Below, in pieces: positions 36,287 through 44,774 of a stretch of 64,000 nucleotides of DNA. Origin of the DNA: Minisyncoccia bacterium (GTDB lineage: Bacteria > Patescibacteriota > Minisyncoccia > Phycocordibacterales > UBA918); NCBI GenBank assembly GCA_041738755.1, contig JBGSPE010000005.1, forward strand, positions 3,522 through 67,521, written 5' to 3'. A program made the translations under genes and the position numbers. The notes under the pieces were generated by a model, which worked only from the letters and a program-made list of their open reading frames with translations, had not been told where the DNA came from and made no database searches. Within the stretch, counting starts at the first letter, position 1. Each line of letters starts with the position of its first letter.

Positions 36287-37588
36287 ATGAAAAAACCAAT
36301 CAAAGACGTCGTTGTTTTTGTTATGTCTGTTCCAGGAGGGGCGGCAGAACAGCTTCGAAAATATGAAACAGAAATCGGGTACCCACTCCGGATTCTTTTG
36401 TTGCTCGATTCAAAAGTCCGATCATCAGAAAAGAAAATTGAATCAGCTCATGCTGATTTGATTGTTACGTGTGACTTTACGAAGCCAATTAAAATTGCTG
36501 AAGCGCTTCTTCCGTATCAGGACAACCTCCTCGCTATAACCTGTCGGTCAGAGCAACATATGGCTCGATTTGCAGAAGTGTTACCTCATGTCCCGTACTT
36601 GCGCACCCCAACGACTCAGTCACTGGTGTGGGCGAGTGATAAGTATGAGATGCGTAAGCGATTCCGAGCATACGACAAGGCTATTACACCAAAATTTACC
36701 CTCGTCGATAGAAACTCAAAAGAGGAACGGGAACGAGTCATTAAGAAGATTGGCTTTCCGATGATAATTAAGCCCACGAATATGGCGGGTAGTTTGTTTG
36801 TGTCAATTTGTTATCACGAGGAGGATTTGGATAAAACCTTACGACTCATCCTACGCAAAATAAAACAGGCGTACAAAAAAGATAATCGTAAAGAAGACCC
36901 AAAAATCATTGCTGAAGAGTATATGGATGGGGACCTCTACTCAATCGATTCTTACGTTGATTCTCGAGGTAAGGTCTACCACTGTCCGCTAGTAAAACAG
37001 ACCACCGCTAAAAAAATCGGCCGGGATGATTTTTATAATTATCTGCAGATGACCCCAACCGGCCTAAAGCCGACGACTGTTGCAAAAGCTGAACTGGTTG
37101 CGGAAAAGGCTATTCATGCGCTCGGTCTGCGTAGTTCAATTGCCCATACTGAATTGATGAAACTCGATGATGAATGGAAGGTGGTAGAGCTTGGAGCGCG
37201 TATGGGTGGTTTTCGACACACGCTCCATGCGCTTAGTTGTGATATTAATCATACCCTCAACGATATCCTCATCCGTATTCCCAAGAAACCAGTTATTCCA
37301 AAAAAATGTAAAGGTTTTTCTTGTGCGATGAAGTGGTATCTCCCAAAAGAAGGAATCATTAGCGAAATGAAAGGCATTAAGCGAATCGAGCAGTTGGATT
37401 CTTTCCATAGTATTACACTGAACAAAAAGGTTGGTGATCGCTTTGTATTTGCTCGAAATGGCGGACGATCAGTCTTCAATCTTTTTCTTTATCACGCTGA
37501 CCGCTCAAAACTTTTGGCTGATATTAGGCGAGTAGAAAAAATGGTTGAAGTGAAGGTACGGGCAAGAAATACGGCCAAAAAAATCTAA
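36287..37588 (+). CDS. ATP-grasp domain protein of unknown specificity
   Basis: ATP-grasp central and C-terminal domain hallmarks (GFPMIIKPTNMAGSLFVS; EEYMDGDLYSIDSYV; HTELMKL...VVELGARMGG), with an N-terminal pre-ATP-grasp-like domain. Confidence 0.55.
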   Translation: MKKPIKDVVVFVMSVPGGAAEQLRKYETEIGYPLRILLLLDSKVRSSEKKIESAHADLIVTCDFTKPIKIAEALLPYQDNLLAITCRSEQHMARFAEVLPHVPYLRTPTTQSLVWASDKYEMRKRFRAYDKAITPKFTLVDRNSKEERERVIKKIGFPMIIKPTNMAGSLFVSICYHEEDLDKTLRLILRKIKQAYKKDNRKEDPKIIAEEYMDGDLYSIDSYVDSRGKVYHCPLVKQTTAKKIGRDDFYNYLQMTPTGLKPTTVAKAELVAEKAIHALGLRSSIAHTELMKLDDEWKVVELGARMGGFRHTLHALSCDINHTLNDILIRIPKKPVIPKKCKGFSCAMKWYLPKEGIISEMKGIKRIEQLDSFHSITLNKKVGDRFVFARNGGRSVFNLFLYHADRSKLLADIRRVEKMVEVKVRARNTAKKI

Positions 37589-37609
37589 GCGGTGGGGAAC
37601 TCGTAACAA

Positions 37610-38431
37610 TTGCCGAAGCATTTTGTTATGATAGAGGGAATGGTACGAACTCGTGATTATTTTCTACTACTACTCACTATTGCCTTTTTGGTGGTTGGTA
37701 TTGGAGCTACGGTGGCTGACTCATACCGAAAGGGTGGCCTTTTTGATACGAGTCGGCCGCTTCAGTTTGTGGAAGATGGAGATATTGAACGAACTGCAAC
37801 GGTGCTAGATACAGAGAGTATTGACCGAGCCGAACGTCTGGCAACACTCCGAGAAAAGATTGCGGCTGGCGGATTGCTCTCGCTCGCCCCGCCCCGAAGT
37901 GAGCCCGTGTCAGCAGCGACTACTTCTGATGCTATTACCGAAGCCCCATCAGAGGGTCAGATAGAATTACGATGTGGCAATTACCGAGCCTTTTCCGGCA
38001 GTTGGCCACAAAAAATCCTTCTTGAGGAAGTTGAAGGAGCTCGGATTGTCTATGTTGAAAATACCTCTACCAATGCTGTGCCACAAACAAGTGCTTCAAC
38101 GACAGTCCCATATGTACCAAGTCGAGACGTTCTAGCTGAGCTTCCGGTACGGTCAGCTTCTCTTGGTGCGCAAAATTGTATTCAAAGTGATGTTATTGGT
38201 ATCGCTCGCGATGGTTCATTGATTCGAAATAACAATGTTGCAGCGTACGCTATTTTTGGTTCAGAAACGCTGCTAGGGTATGCGCTTGATGGATATCCAA
38301 TTCACGGGAGTGGCACGAGTGTCACGGATAGCTGTGGAGGTTTAACGGTGGGTGGACAATATCGGTATCAAATTTCAGGTGACCGACAGACTATTATCAA
38401 TTGTTATTCGGGAGTCCCTGTACAGTTGTAG
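37610..38431 (+). CDS. Hypothetical membrane-anchored extracytoplasmic protein
   Basis: N-terminal TM helix. No motif. Confidence 0.45.
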   Translation: MPKHFVMIEGMVRTRDYFLLLLTIAFLVVGIGATVADSYRKGGLFDTSRPLQFVEDGDIERTATVLDTESIDRAERLATLREKIAAGGLLSLAPPRSEPVSAATTSDAITEAPSEGQIELRCGNYRAFSGSWPQKILLEEVEGARIVYVENTSTNAVPQTSASTTVPYVPSRDVLAELPVRSASLGAQNCIQSDVIGIARDGSLIRNNNVAAYAIFGSETLLGYALDGYPIHGSGTSVTDSCGGLTVGGQYRYQISGDRQTIINCYSGVPVQL

Positions 38432-38434
38432 TGT

Positions 38435-39085
38435 ATGTCAACGCTAATCATTACACTACAAACAATGGGTAATGGTACTGCTGGAGATTTAGAAGCTGAG
38501 GCCGGAAGACAATATTCACCCGTGACTGGAACGATAGCTTCTCTCGGGCTGTATGACTGCAGTCGAGGTGAGGGAGTGGTGTACTATCAAGGTGGTACAG
38601 AACAGGCGGTTTATACCGAGGGAGAGTGGCGGTATAAAGAGCGGTCTGAAGCTATCTTGTTGCAGGAATTTTGGGAGGGAATCGCGAGTTACGATACGGT
38701 CGTAACATTTAACGGTAGAGCATTCTTGCTACCGTTTGTGTTGCATCGATCGGTGGTACAGAAAGTGAGACCAACCGTTGATTTATTACGTAAACGGTAT
38801 TTGAGACAGCAAACCCTACCATTTCATATTGATTTATATGATGAGTTGACGTTTTACGGTGCACTCGAGCGACGAGTCAAGTTACAGACATGGTGTCAGT
38901 TATATGGAATAGAAAACCCGCCAGACTACCTGAGTCCGGAAGAAATGAGAGGGTTACAACAAGAAGGGGAGTTTATGCAGATAGCGAGACATACCGCGTC
39001 GCTGACAACCGCAACAGATGCTCTCTTTCAAATTTGGAAACAGTATCTGGCACCAGCAAGCTTTTTGAATACTATTGAATTTTAA
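38435..39085 (+). CDS. RNase H-like fold predicted 3'-5' exonuclease (YprB / RNase_H_2-type)
   Basis: TFNGRAFLLPFVL resembles the conserved motif of the YprB-like PolB-exonuclease-related family. Acidic residues lie in the N-terminal strands. Confidence 0.5.
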   Translation: MSTLIITLQTMGNGTAGDLEAEAGRQYSPVTGTIASLGLYDCSRGEGVVYYQGGTEQAVYTEGEWRYKERSEAILLQEFWEGIASYDTVVTFNGRAFLLPFVLHRSVVQKVRPTVDLLRKRYLRQQTLPFHIDLYDELTFYGALERRVKLQTWCQLYGIENPPDYLSPEEMRGLQQEGEFMQIARHTASLTTATDALFQIWKQYLAPASFLNTIEF

Positions 39086-39205
39086 ATGAAGCAACGAGTA
39101 GTAAAACTGCGACTATGCTGAATTTATGCAGGCGCTTTTATGGATTCGACTCTCTCCTAAAGGAGAATCCACTGGCAGCGAGCTGCAAAGTAAGTGCGCA
39201 TATTT

Positions 39206-39234
39206 TTGACAAAATTACAAATATGTACTATATT
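39206..39234 (+). promoter_or_regulatory. Sigma70-type promoter (TTGACA, 17 nt, TATATT)
   Basis: A perfect -35 hexamer, a 17-nt spacer and a near-consensus -10 lie about 30 nt upstream of the 39266 ORF. Confidence 0.45.
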
Positions 39235-39265
39235 ATTAAAATAAGTACAAATGGAGTAATTTAGA

Positions 39266-39670
39266 ATGGGACTTTGGTGGCAAAACGTACAGGCAACTCA
39301 GCCTGTAGATCAAACTGAATCTGTTACATTCAAAGGTGATCCAAGAGCTCTTTCAAAGCGATGGCCGATTCTGTGGCGATTTTTTCAAAATTGGCACATT
39401 ATCAGGATAACTGGGTCGACATCTTTCAGTCTCTATTTTCGCTCGAAAAATGGCCAGTGTATGAAATTCCGAAAACTGATCTTTTCTGACTATGTGGCAG
39501 TTCGCATTGGTCCAGAGGAAGTGACGTTTTGGGCAGTTAGCCGAAATGGCGACAATTTGTTAGCCGATCGTACTGACGGCTGGATTCCTGGACGATTTCG
39601 CAAAGATACCCGAGGTCCAGTTATCAGCTTGCATGCACTTCAGCTTTCGAGACAGGCTGACTTCATCTGA
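39266..39670 (+). CDS. Hypothetical Trp/Arg-rich protein (134 aa) in a self-contained promoter-to-terminator unit
   Basis: No homology recognised. The possibility that this unit is a non-coding RNA cannot be excluded. Confidence 0.4.
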   Translation: MGLWWQNVQATQPVDQTESVTFKGDPRALSKRWPILWRFFQNWHIIRITGSTSFSLYFRSKNGQCMKFRKLIFSDYVAVRIGPEEVTFWAVSRNGDNLLADRTDGWIPGRFRKDTRGPVISLHALQLSRQADFI

Positions 39671-39688
39671 AATTGATTATTTCAGGTA

Positions 39689-39724
39689 ACCCGCACCCTC
39701 TGTAATATGGGGGTGCGGTTTCTG
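39689..39724 (+). terminator. Rho-independent terminator
   Basis: CCGCACCC-(12 nt)-GGGTGCGG followed by TTTCTGTT. Confidence 0.65.
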
Positions 39725-39741
39725 TTATACTACTGGCTAAT

Positions 39742-40974
39742 ATGTCTAATAAAAAATTTCCAGAAGGATTCTATTGGGGCGCTGCCACCGCTTCCTACCA
39801 AGTAGAAGGTGGTATCCACAATACTGATTGGGCGAAGGCTGCTACTGAAGGTCGTGTGCCACCATGTGGTCAGGCTTGTAATCACTACAATCGTTATGAA
39901 GAAGATTTTGCGTTAGCGAAATCCCTTGGCCATAACGCACACCGGTTTTCGGTTGAATGGGCCCGGATTGAACCAACTCAAGGAAATTTTGATGTAGCTG
40001 AAATCGCTCACTATCGTGAAGTGCTACAAGCCTTAAAAAATAAAGGGATTACCCCATTTGTTACCCTGTGGCACTTTACGTTACCGCTTTGGTTTTCAGA
40101 GACGGGTGGATTTGAACGAAAAGATTCACCAGAGATTTTTGCCAGCTATTGTGCTTTTGTCGTGGAGCAGTTAGGTGACTTGTGTTCGAATTTTTCAACC
40201 ATTAATGAACCGAGTGTGTACGGTAGTAATGGCTGGCTTAGGGGAAGTTGGCCACCATTCAAACGCTTCGCTCTGACAGATTTGGTTGCTATCACAAACT
40301 CTGGTCGAAGTTATGAAGGAAAGCCTGCGAAAGGACTCTCCCCGGTTTTTTTATGGATGCGGGTGATGAAGCATCTGGCACTAGCTCACAATCGTGCGTA
40401 CCAAGAAATCAAAAAAGTACGTCCGGGTACCAATATTAACTTTGTGCATCATGTGATTGTTTTTGATGCTAATAGTAATCCTTTCAATAAGCTAAAGGCC
40501 TTCATTGCGAATTGGCAATGGACGCATGTGTTTATGAAGCGAACAGAAGGCCACTATGACTCGATTGGGCTTAACTACTATTTCTACACTCAGTTTGGAG
40601 ATATGCGTGAGTGGCGAAAGACTGACATGGATTGGAATTTTGCTCCAGAGAAAATTTTCGATGCCTTGGTAATATTGAAGCGATATAATAAGCCGATTTA
40701 CATTTCAGAAGCAGGCCTGGCTGATGCCGCAGATAGTGGCAGAGCCGAATACATACAAAAACAAGTTGAAGCGACATGGCGGGCTCTGCAAGCAGGGGTT
40801 GATGTTCGAGCGCATATCTACTGGTCACTTCTTGATAACTACGAGTGGGCATTGGGGTTTGAGAAGCGATTTGGTCTGATTGAGGTAGACTATACGACAT
40901 TGGAACGTAAGATTCGTCCCTCAGCGCACGTGTACAAAGCGATTTGTGAACAAAACGCTATAGTAGAATACTAG
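39742..40974 (+). CDS. Glycoside hydrolase family 1 (beta-glucosidase/beta-galactosidase-like)
   Basis: GH1 N-terminus FPEGFYWGAATASYQVEG, an acid/base motif TINEP and a nucleophile region YISEAG. Length is 410 aa. Confidence 0.9.
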   Translation: MSNKKFPEGFYWGAATASYQVEGGIHNTDWAKAATEGRVPPCGQACNHYNRYEEDFALAKSLGHNAHRFSVEWARIEPTQGNFDVAEIAHYREVLQALKNKGITPFVTLWHFTLPLWFSETGGFERKDSPEIFASYCAFVVEQLGDLCSNFSTINEPSVYGSNGWLRGSWPPFKRFALTDLVAITNSGRSYEGKPAKGLSPVFLWMRVMKHLALAHNRAYQEIKKVRPGTNINFVHHVIVFDANSNPFNKLKAFIANWQWTHVFMKRTEGHYDSIGLNYYFYTQFGDMREWRKTDMDWNFAPEKIFDALVILKRYNKPIYISEAGLADAADSGRAEYIQKQVEATWRALQAGVDVRAHIYWSLLDNYEWALGFEKRFGLIEVDYTTLERKIRPSAHVYKAICEQNAIVEY

Positions 40975-40975
40975 A

Positions 40976-41920
40976 ATGGCTTGGATACTACTGGCAACCC
41001 TTGGACAATTTTTAAATGCCATTGTTGCCATTCTCGATAAATACATCGTTTCGGACGAGAAGATATTACCCCGTCCATTCGTATACGCCTTCTACTCGTG
41101 TCTCTTGACTGGCTTTTGGGCAGTTATCTATTTTTTTGGTTCCATTCCGTTCTTGTCTGATCTGGGGATGCCTACCCTTCGAAATGTAATGTTTCCGACT
41201 ATTCAGGTGGTGGCGATGTCATTTCTTTCAGCCTATACGTTTTTCATTGCGCTTGTGTCAATGTACGAGGCATTACGGAAGTCAGACGCCTCAACGGTGA
41301 TGCCAATCATCGGTACCGTCTCGGCTCTTGCGACATTTGGTTTGAGCTATCTGTTTCTTGATGCACAACTCACACTTGCTCACGGTGTTGGGATTGTGAT
41401 TTTGTCGCTCGGTACCCTGATGGTCGCCCAGTCGCTCCCCAAATTGAGTGCGGTACTACATGTTACCCATAGTGGACTATTTTTTGCCTTTCACTACATC
41501 ACTATGAAAGGGTTGTTTGAGCAGACGAGCTTTGATGACGGATTCTTTTGGTCCCGTATGAGTTTTGTACTCTTTACGCTTTCATTGCTGCTTGTACCGG
41601 TATATTTAGAAAAGATTCGTAGTCAAAGCAAATCAACCACCAAGAAAGCGGGAGCAATTGTTATTGCTACCAAGGTTGTAGCTGGTGTGGCAGCATTTTT
41701 AATTTTAAAAGCTACCGATTTGGGCGAAGTTGCGGTGGTGCAAGCGCTCGATGGACTGCGGTACGTTTTTATTCTTATCATCAGTATATTGTTTGCTCAT
41801 TGGCTCCCACATTCAGCGGCTGACAAAGATACCAGACCAGCTACGTTCTTCCGTAAATTTCTCTACATCATTTTAATTACGATTGGATTCATTATTATTT
41901 TTAGCGATGACTTACTATGA
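40976..41920 (+). CDS. Polytopic membrane protein, DMT (EamA-like) superfamily candidate
   Basis: About ten TM helices with internal duplication. The start is 2 nt after the GH1 stop, and the end overlaps the next gene (ATGA). Confidence 0.45.
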   Translation: MAWILLATLGQFLNAIVAILDKYIVSDEKILPRPFVYAFYSCLLTGFWAVIYFFGSIPFLSDLGMPTLRNVMFPTIQVVAMSFLSAYTFFIALVSMYEALRKSDASTVMPIIGTVSALATFGLSYLFLDAQLTLAHGVGIVILSLGTLMVAQSLPKLSAVLHVTHSGLFFAFHYITMKGLFEQTSFDDGFFWSRMSFVLFTLSLLLVPVYLEKIRSQSKSTTKKAGAIVIATKVVAGVAAFLILKATDLGEVAVVQALDGLRYVFILIISILFAHWLPHSAADKDTRPATFFRKFLYIILITIGFIIIFSDDLL

Positions 41921-42936
41921 AACCTCGATTGATTAAGATTGCAAAATATTTTGGCCTTACAATTTTGGTCTTAATCATCGTTCTCGCTGTAGCTATTTTT
42001 GTTCTGGCTCAAAAACCAAAGCCGGAGCAGATTACCTATGGTATGTCGTTCAACACACTGTATGCCAATGAGTTAGGACTTGATTGGCGAGAAACGTACG
42101 ATGCTATTTTGGATGAGCTACAGGTCCGCCACCTGCGTCTAGCAGCCCACTGGCCAATGATTCAACCAAATGCCGGAACCTATAACTTTGAAGAGTTAGA
42201 TTATCAAGTCGAGCGAGCTGAGGAGGTCGGGGCTACAGTAGTATTGGCCGTTGGCCGACGGCTTCCGCGCTGGCCGGAGTGCCACGTACCGGGTTGGGCC
42301 CAAGAACTTACTCCCTCTGAACGCGACGAGGCCTTGCTGGATTATATTGAAACGGTCGTTCGTCGATATCAGAATAATCCTGCAATAACTGTCTGGCAGG
42401 TTGAAAACGAGCCATTTTTAGAGGTTTTTGCATTTGAACATTGTGGTGTACTTGATACTGATTTTCTTGATAAAGAAATTGAGCTCGTCCGAAGCCTTGA
42501 TGGTACTCGACCGATTCTTGTTACCGATAGTGGAAACCTAGGAACCTGGGCTGGCGCATATTCAAGGGGAGATATGTTTGGTACGAGTGTATACGTGCAT
42601 TTTTGGAACCCAGAACTCGGTCAGTTTCGTACTTTTTTGCCACCGTGGTTTTATCGGGTGAAAGAAAACTTTATGACACTACTCTATGGTGAAAAACCTA
42701 CCGTACTCATTGAGCTTTCGGCAGAACCCTGGCTGATTGAGCCAATTGTAAATGTTTCAATTGAAACCCAATTTACACGCATGAATCTAGAAAAATTTGA
42801 AGATATTATTACCTATGCTGAGGGAACGCACTTTGATCAGCAATATTTATGGGGGGCGGAGTGGTGGTACTGGCTACATCTACAAGAACGGTCTGAAATG
42901 TGGGACCGCGGCAAAGAGTTATTTGTGAAAGAATAG
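41917..42936 (+). CDS. Clan GH-A TIM-barrel glycoside hydrolase (GH5/GH35/GH42-like), membrane anchored
   Basis: N-terminal TM helix and a catalytic acid/base NEP motif (WQVENEPFLE). A second Glu-containing strand (IELSAEPW) may carry the nucleophile. Confidence 0.6.
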   Translation: MKPRLIKIAKYFGLTILVLIIVLAVAIFVLAQKPKPEQITYGMSFNTLYANELGLDWRETYDAILDELQVRHLRLAAHWPMIQPNAGTYNFEELDYQVERAEEVGATVVLAVGRRLPRWPECHVPGWAQELTPSERDEALLDYIETVVRRYQNNPAITVWQVENEPFLEVFAFEHCGVLDTDFLDKEIELVRSLDGTRPILVTDSGNLGTWAGAYSRGDMFGTSVYVHFWNPELGQFRTFLPPWFYRVKENFMTLLYGEKPTVLIELSAEPWLIEPIVNVSIETQFTRMNLEKFEDIITYAEGTHFDQQYLWGAEWWYWLHLQERSEMWDRGKELFVKE

Positions 42937-42963
42937 CTCCGCTTTTTCCGTATTATAGCTACT

Positions 42964-44178
42964 ATGGAAGATGTAGTTACTACTCCCCAAAAGAGCACCC
43001 AGGTAGCAAAAATTGTCCTCATCAGCGTCATCCTGACCACGCTGACGCTGGGTGGAATTATGTATCTTTTGCGAGACGTAGTTGTAACATATATACAAGA
43101 AGAAATTGAACGAGATACCCCACTTATTCCAGCTGTGGTACCTGAGGCTGATTTGATTGTCGATACTATAGAGAGGGTTAATGGTGCGGTGGTGTCAGTG
43201 GTGGTAACGAAAGACGTTCCTATTTATGAGCGATATTATGAGCGATTTGACTCCGGGGGTTGGTTCGGAGATTTTGTGGTGCCTCGAATTCGTGAGAATG
43301 GCACGAGAGAACAGGAGGTCGGCGGCGGTTCAGGATTCATTGTAAGTAATGATGGGTTAATTGTGACTAACCGTCACGTGGTTTCGGATGATAGTGCCAG
43401 GTACTCAATTGTTATGAATGATGGAGTCGTGTATGACGTATCCGTTTTGGCTCGAGATGAACAACTTGATATAGCAATTTTAAAAATTGATGAACCCCTT
43501 AAAGAAGCGCTACCATTTTTACAATTCGGTGATTCAGATACCCTCAAGCTAGGACAAACAGTGATTGCAATTGGTAATGCGCTGGCTGAATTTCAAAATT
43601 CTATTTCCGTTGGGGTCGTGTCAGGATTGTCACGGTCTATTGTGGCTAGCGACGGACAGGGTGGAAGCGAAGCGTTGGAGCAGGTTATCCAGACAGATGC
43701 TGCGATAAATCCTGGTAATTCGGGTGGACCACTTTTAAATACGAAAGGTGAAGTCATTGGAGTCAATGTTGCGACCTCACAAGGAGCCGATAATATCGGC
43801 TTTGCATTACCGTCTCGTTCAGTTGAACAGATTGTACGGTCAGTCCAAACGTACGGTGAAATTCAGCGACCATATTTAGGAGTACGCTATCAGATGGTGA
43901 CGCCTCGTATTAAAGAAACTCAGAATCTCGTGGTGGATAATGGTGCATGGGTTAGTTCAACTGAAACCGGTGTCGAAGCGGTTCTTCCCGACAGTCCAGC
44001 CGCTAAGGCAGGTCTTCAGGCTGGCGATGTTATTGTCGCAATTGATGATGTGGTATTGGGTGAGACTGATTTGGCAGCGGCACTGCGAGGTAAGGCGGTT
44101 GGGGAAGATGTCCGCTTGCGAGTTATCCGCGGACAGGATGAATTATTGCTTTCCGTGACCTTGGAAAGGGCGCTATAA
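42964..44178 (+). CDS. HtrA/DegP-family serine protease with a PDZ domain, membrane anchored
   Basis: Trypsin-fold catalytic triad (VTNRHVV, D-region, GNSGGPL) and a C-terminal PDZ domain. N-terminal TM helix. Confidence 0.9.
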   Translation: MEDVVTTPQKSTQVAKIVLISVILTTLTLGGIMYLLRDVVVTYIQEEIERDTPLIPAVVPEADLIVDTIERVNGAVVSVVVTKDVPIYERYYERFDSGGWFGDFVVPRIRENGTREQEVGGGSGFIVSNDGLIVTNRHVVSDDSARYSIVMNDGVVYDVSVLARDEQLDIAILKIDEPLKEALPFLQFGDSDTLKLGQTVIAIGNALAEFQNSISVGVVSGLSRSIVASDGQGGSEALEQVIQTDAAINPGNSGGPLLNTKGEVIGVNVATSQGADNIGFALPSRSVEQIVRSVQTYGEIQRPYLGVRYQMVTPRIKETQNLVVDNGAWVSSTETGVEAVLPDSPAAKAGLQAGDVIVAIDDVVLGETDLAAALRGKAVGEDVRLRVIRGQDELLLSVTLERAL

Positions 44179-44185
44179 TAGTGAG

Positions 44186-44497
44186 GTGAAAAACCAATTG
44201 ACCCCAAACCCTGAAGTGGCTAAAAGTGCGGCAGAAGTAGCAGCGTTACTTGAGCAGGTCATTTCTGATACGGAAAAGAAAATTGAAGAACGGATTACTC
44301 CAATTCGTAGAGAGGTAACCAAGCGCTTCCCAACACTCTTTCTTCTTTTGAGCACGTTTGGACTGATTGCTACCTACTTGGCCATGGAGCAGCTTTTGTT
44401 GCAGTATAATATCACGCAAGAGAATCCGGTCCTTCTTCTCATAATCGGAGTCGGAATTTTGGTTTTTACCGGTACTCTGTATAAAAAATTAGGCTAG
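44186..44497 (+). CDS. Hypothetical small membrane protein
   Basis: Two TM helices at the C-terminus. Two further unlisted mini-ORFs (44508..44684, 58 aa; 44670..44774, 34 aa) are hydrophobic peptides of uncertain reality. Confidence 0.4.
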   Translation: MKNQLTPNPEVAKSAAEVAALLEQVISDTEKKIEERITPIRREVTKRFPTLFLLLSTFGLIATYLAMEQLLLQYNITQENPVLLLIIGVGILVFTGTLYKKLG

Positions 44498-44774
44498 TAT
44501 GAGCTTCATTCGTTTTACGTTTTCATTTCTATACGTCCGTAACTGGCACACTGGCGAGATGGAATTATCACGTTCGCGGATGGCTATATTTTGTGCCGGT
44601 CTCTTTTTAGTTTTGCTCGCGATTACTATTATTAGTATCCTGCAAGCTCCGGTTGAGTACGTTGCTCCATGAAAAAATATTTGATTGTTACTATTTCACT
44701 TTTTATTTTTGCGCTGGTGGTGGCTATTTTTGTATTTGTCTATCTTAATCAAAACTTTCAATTAAAAGGGTAGT

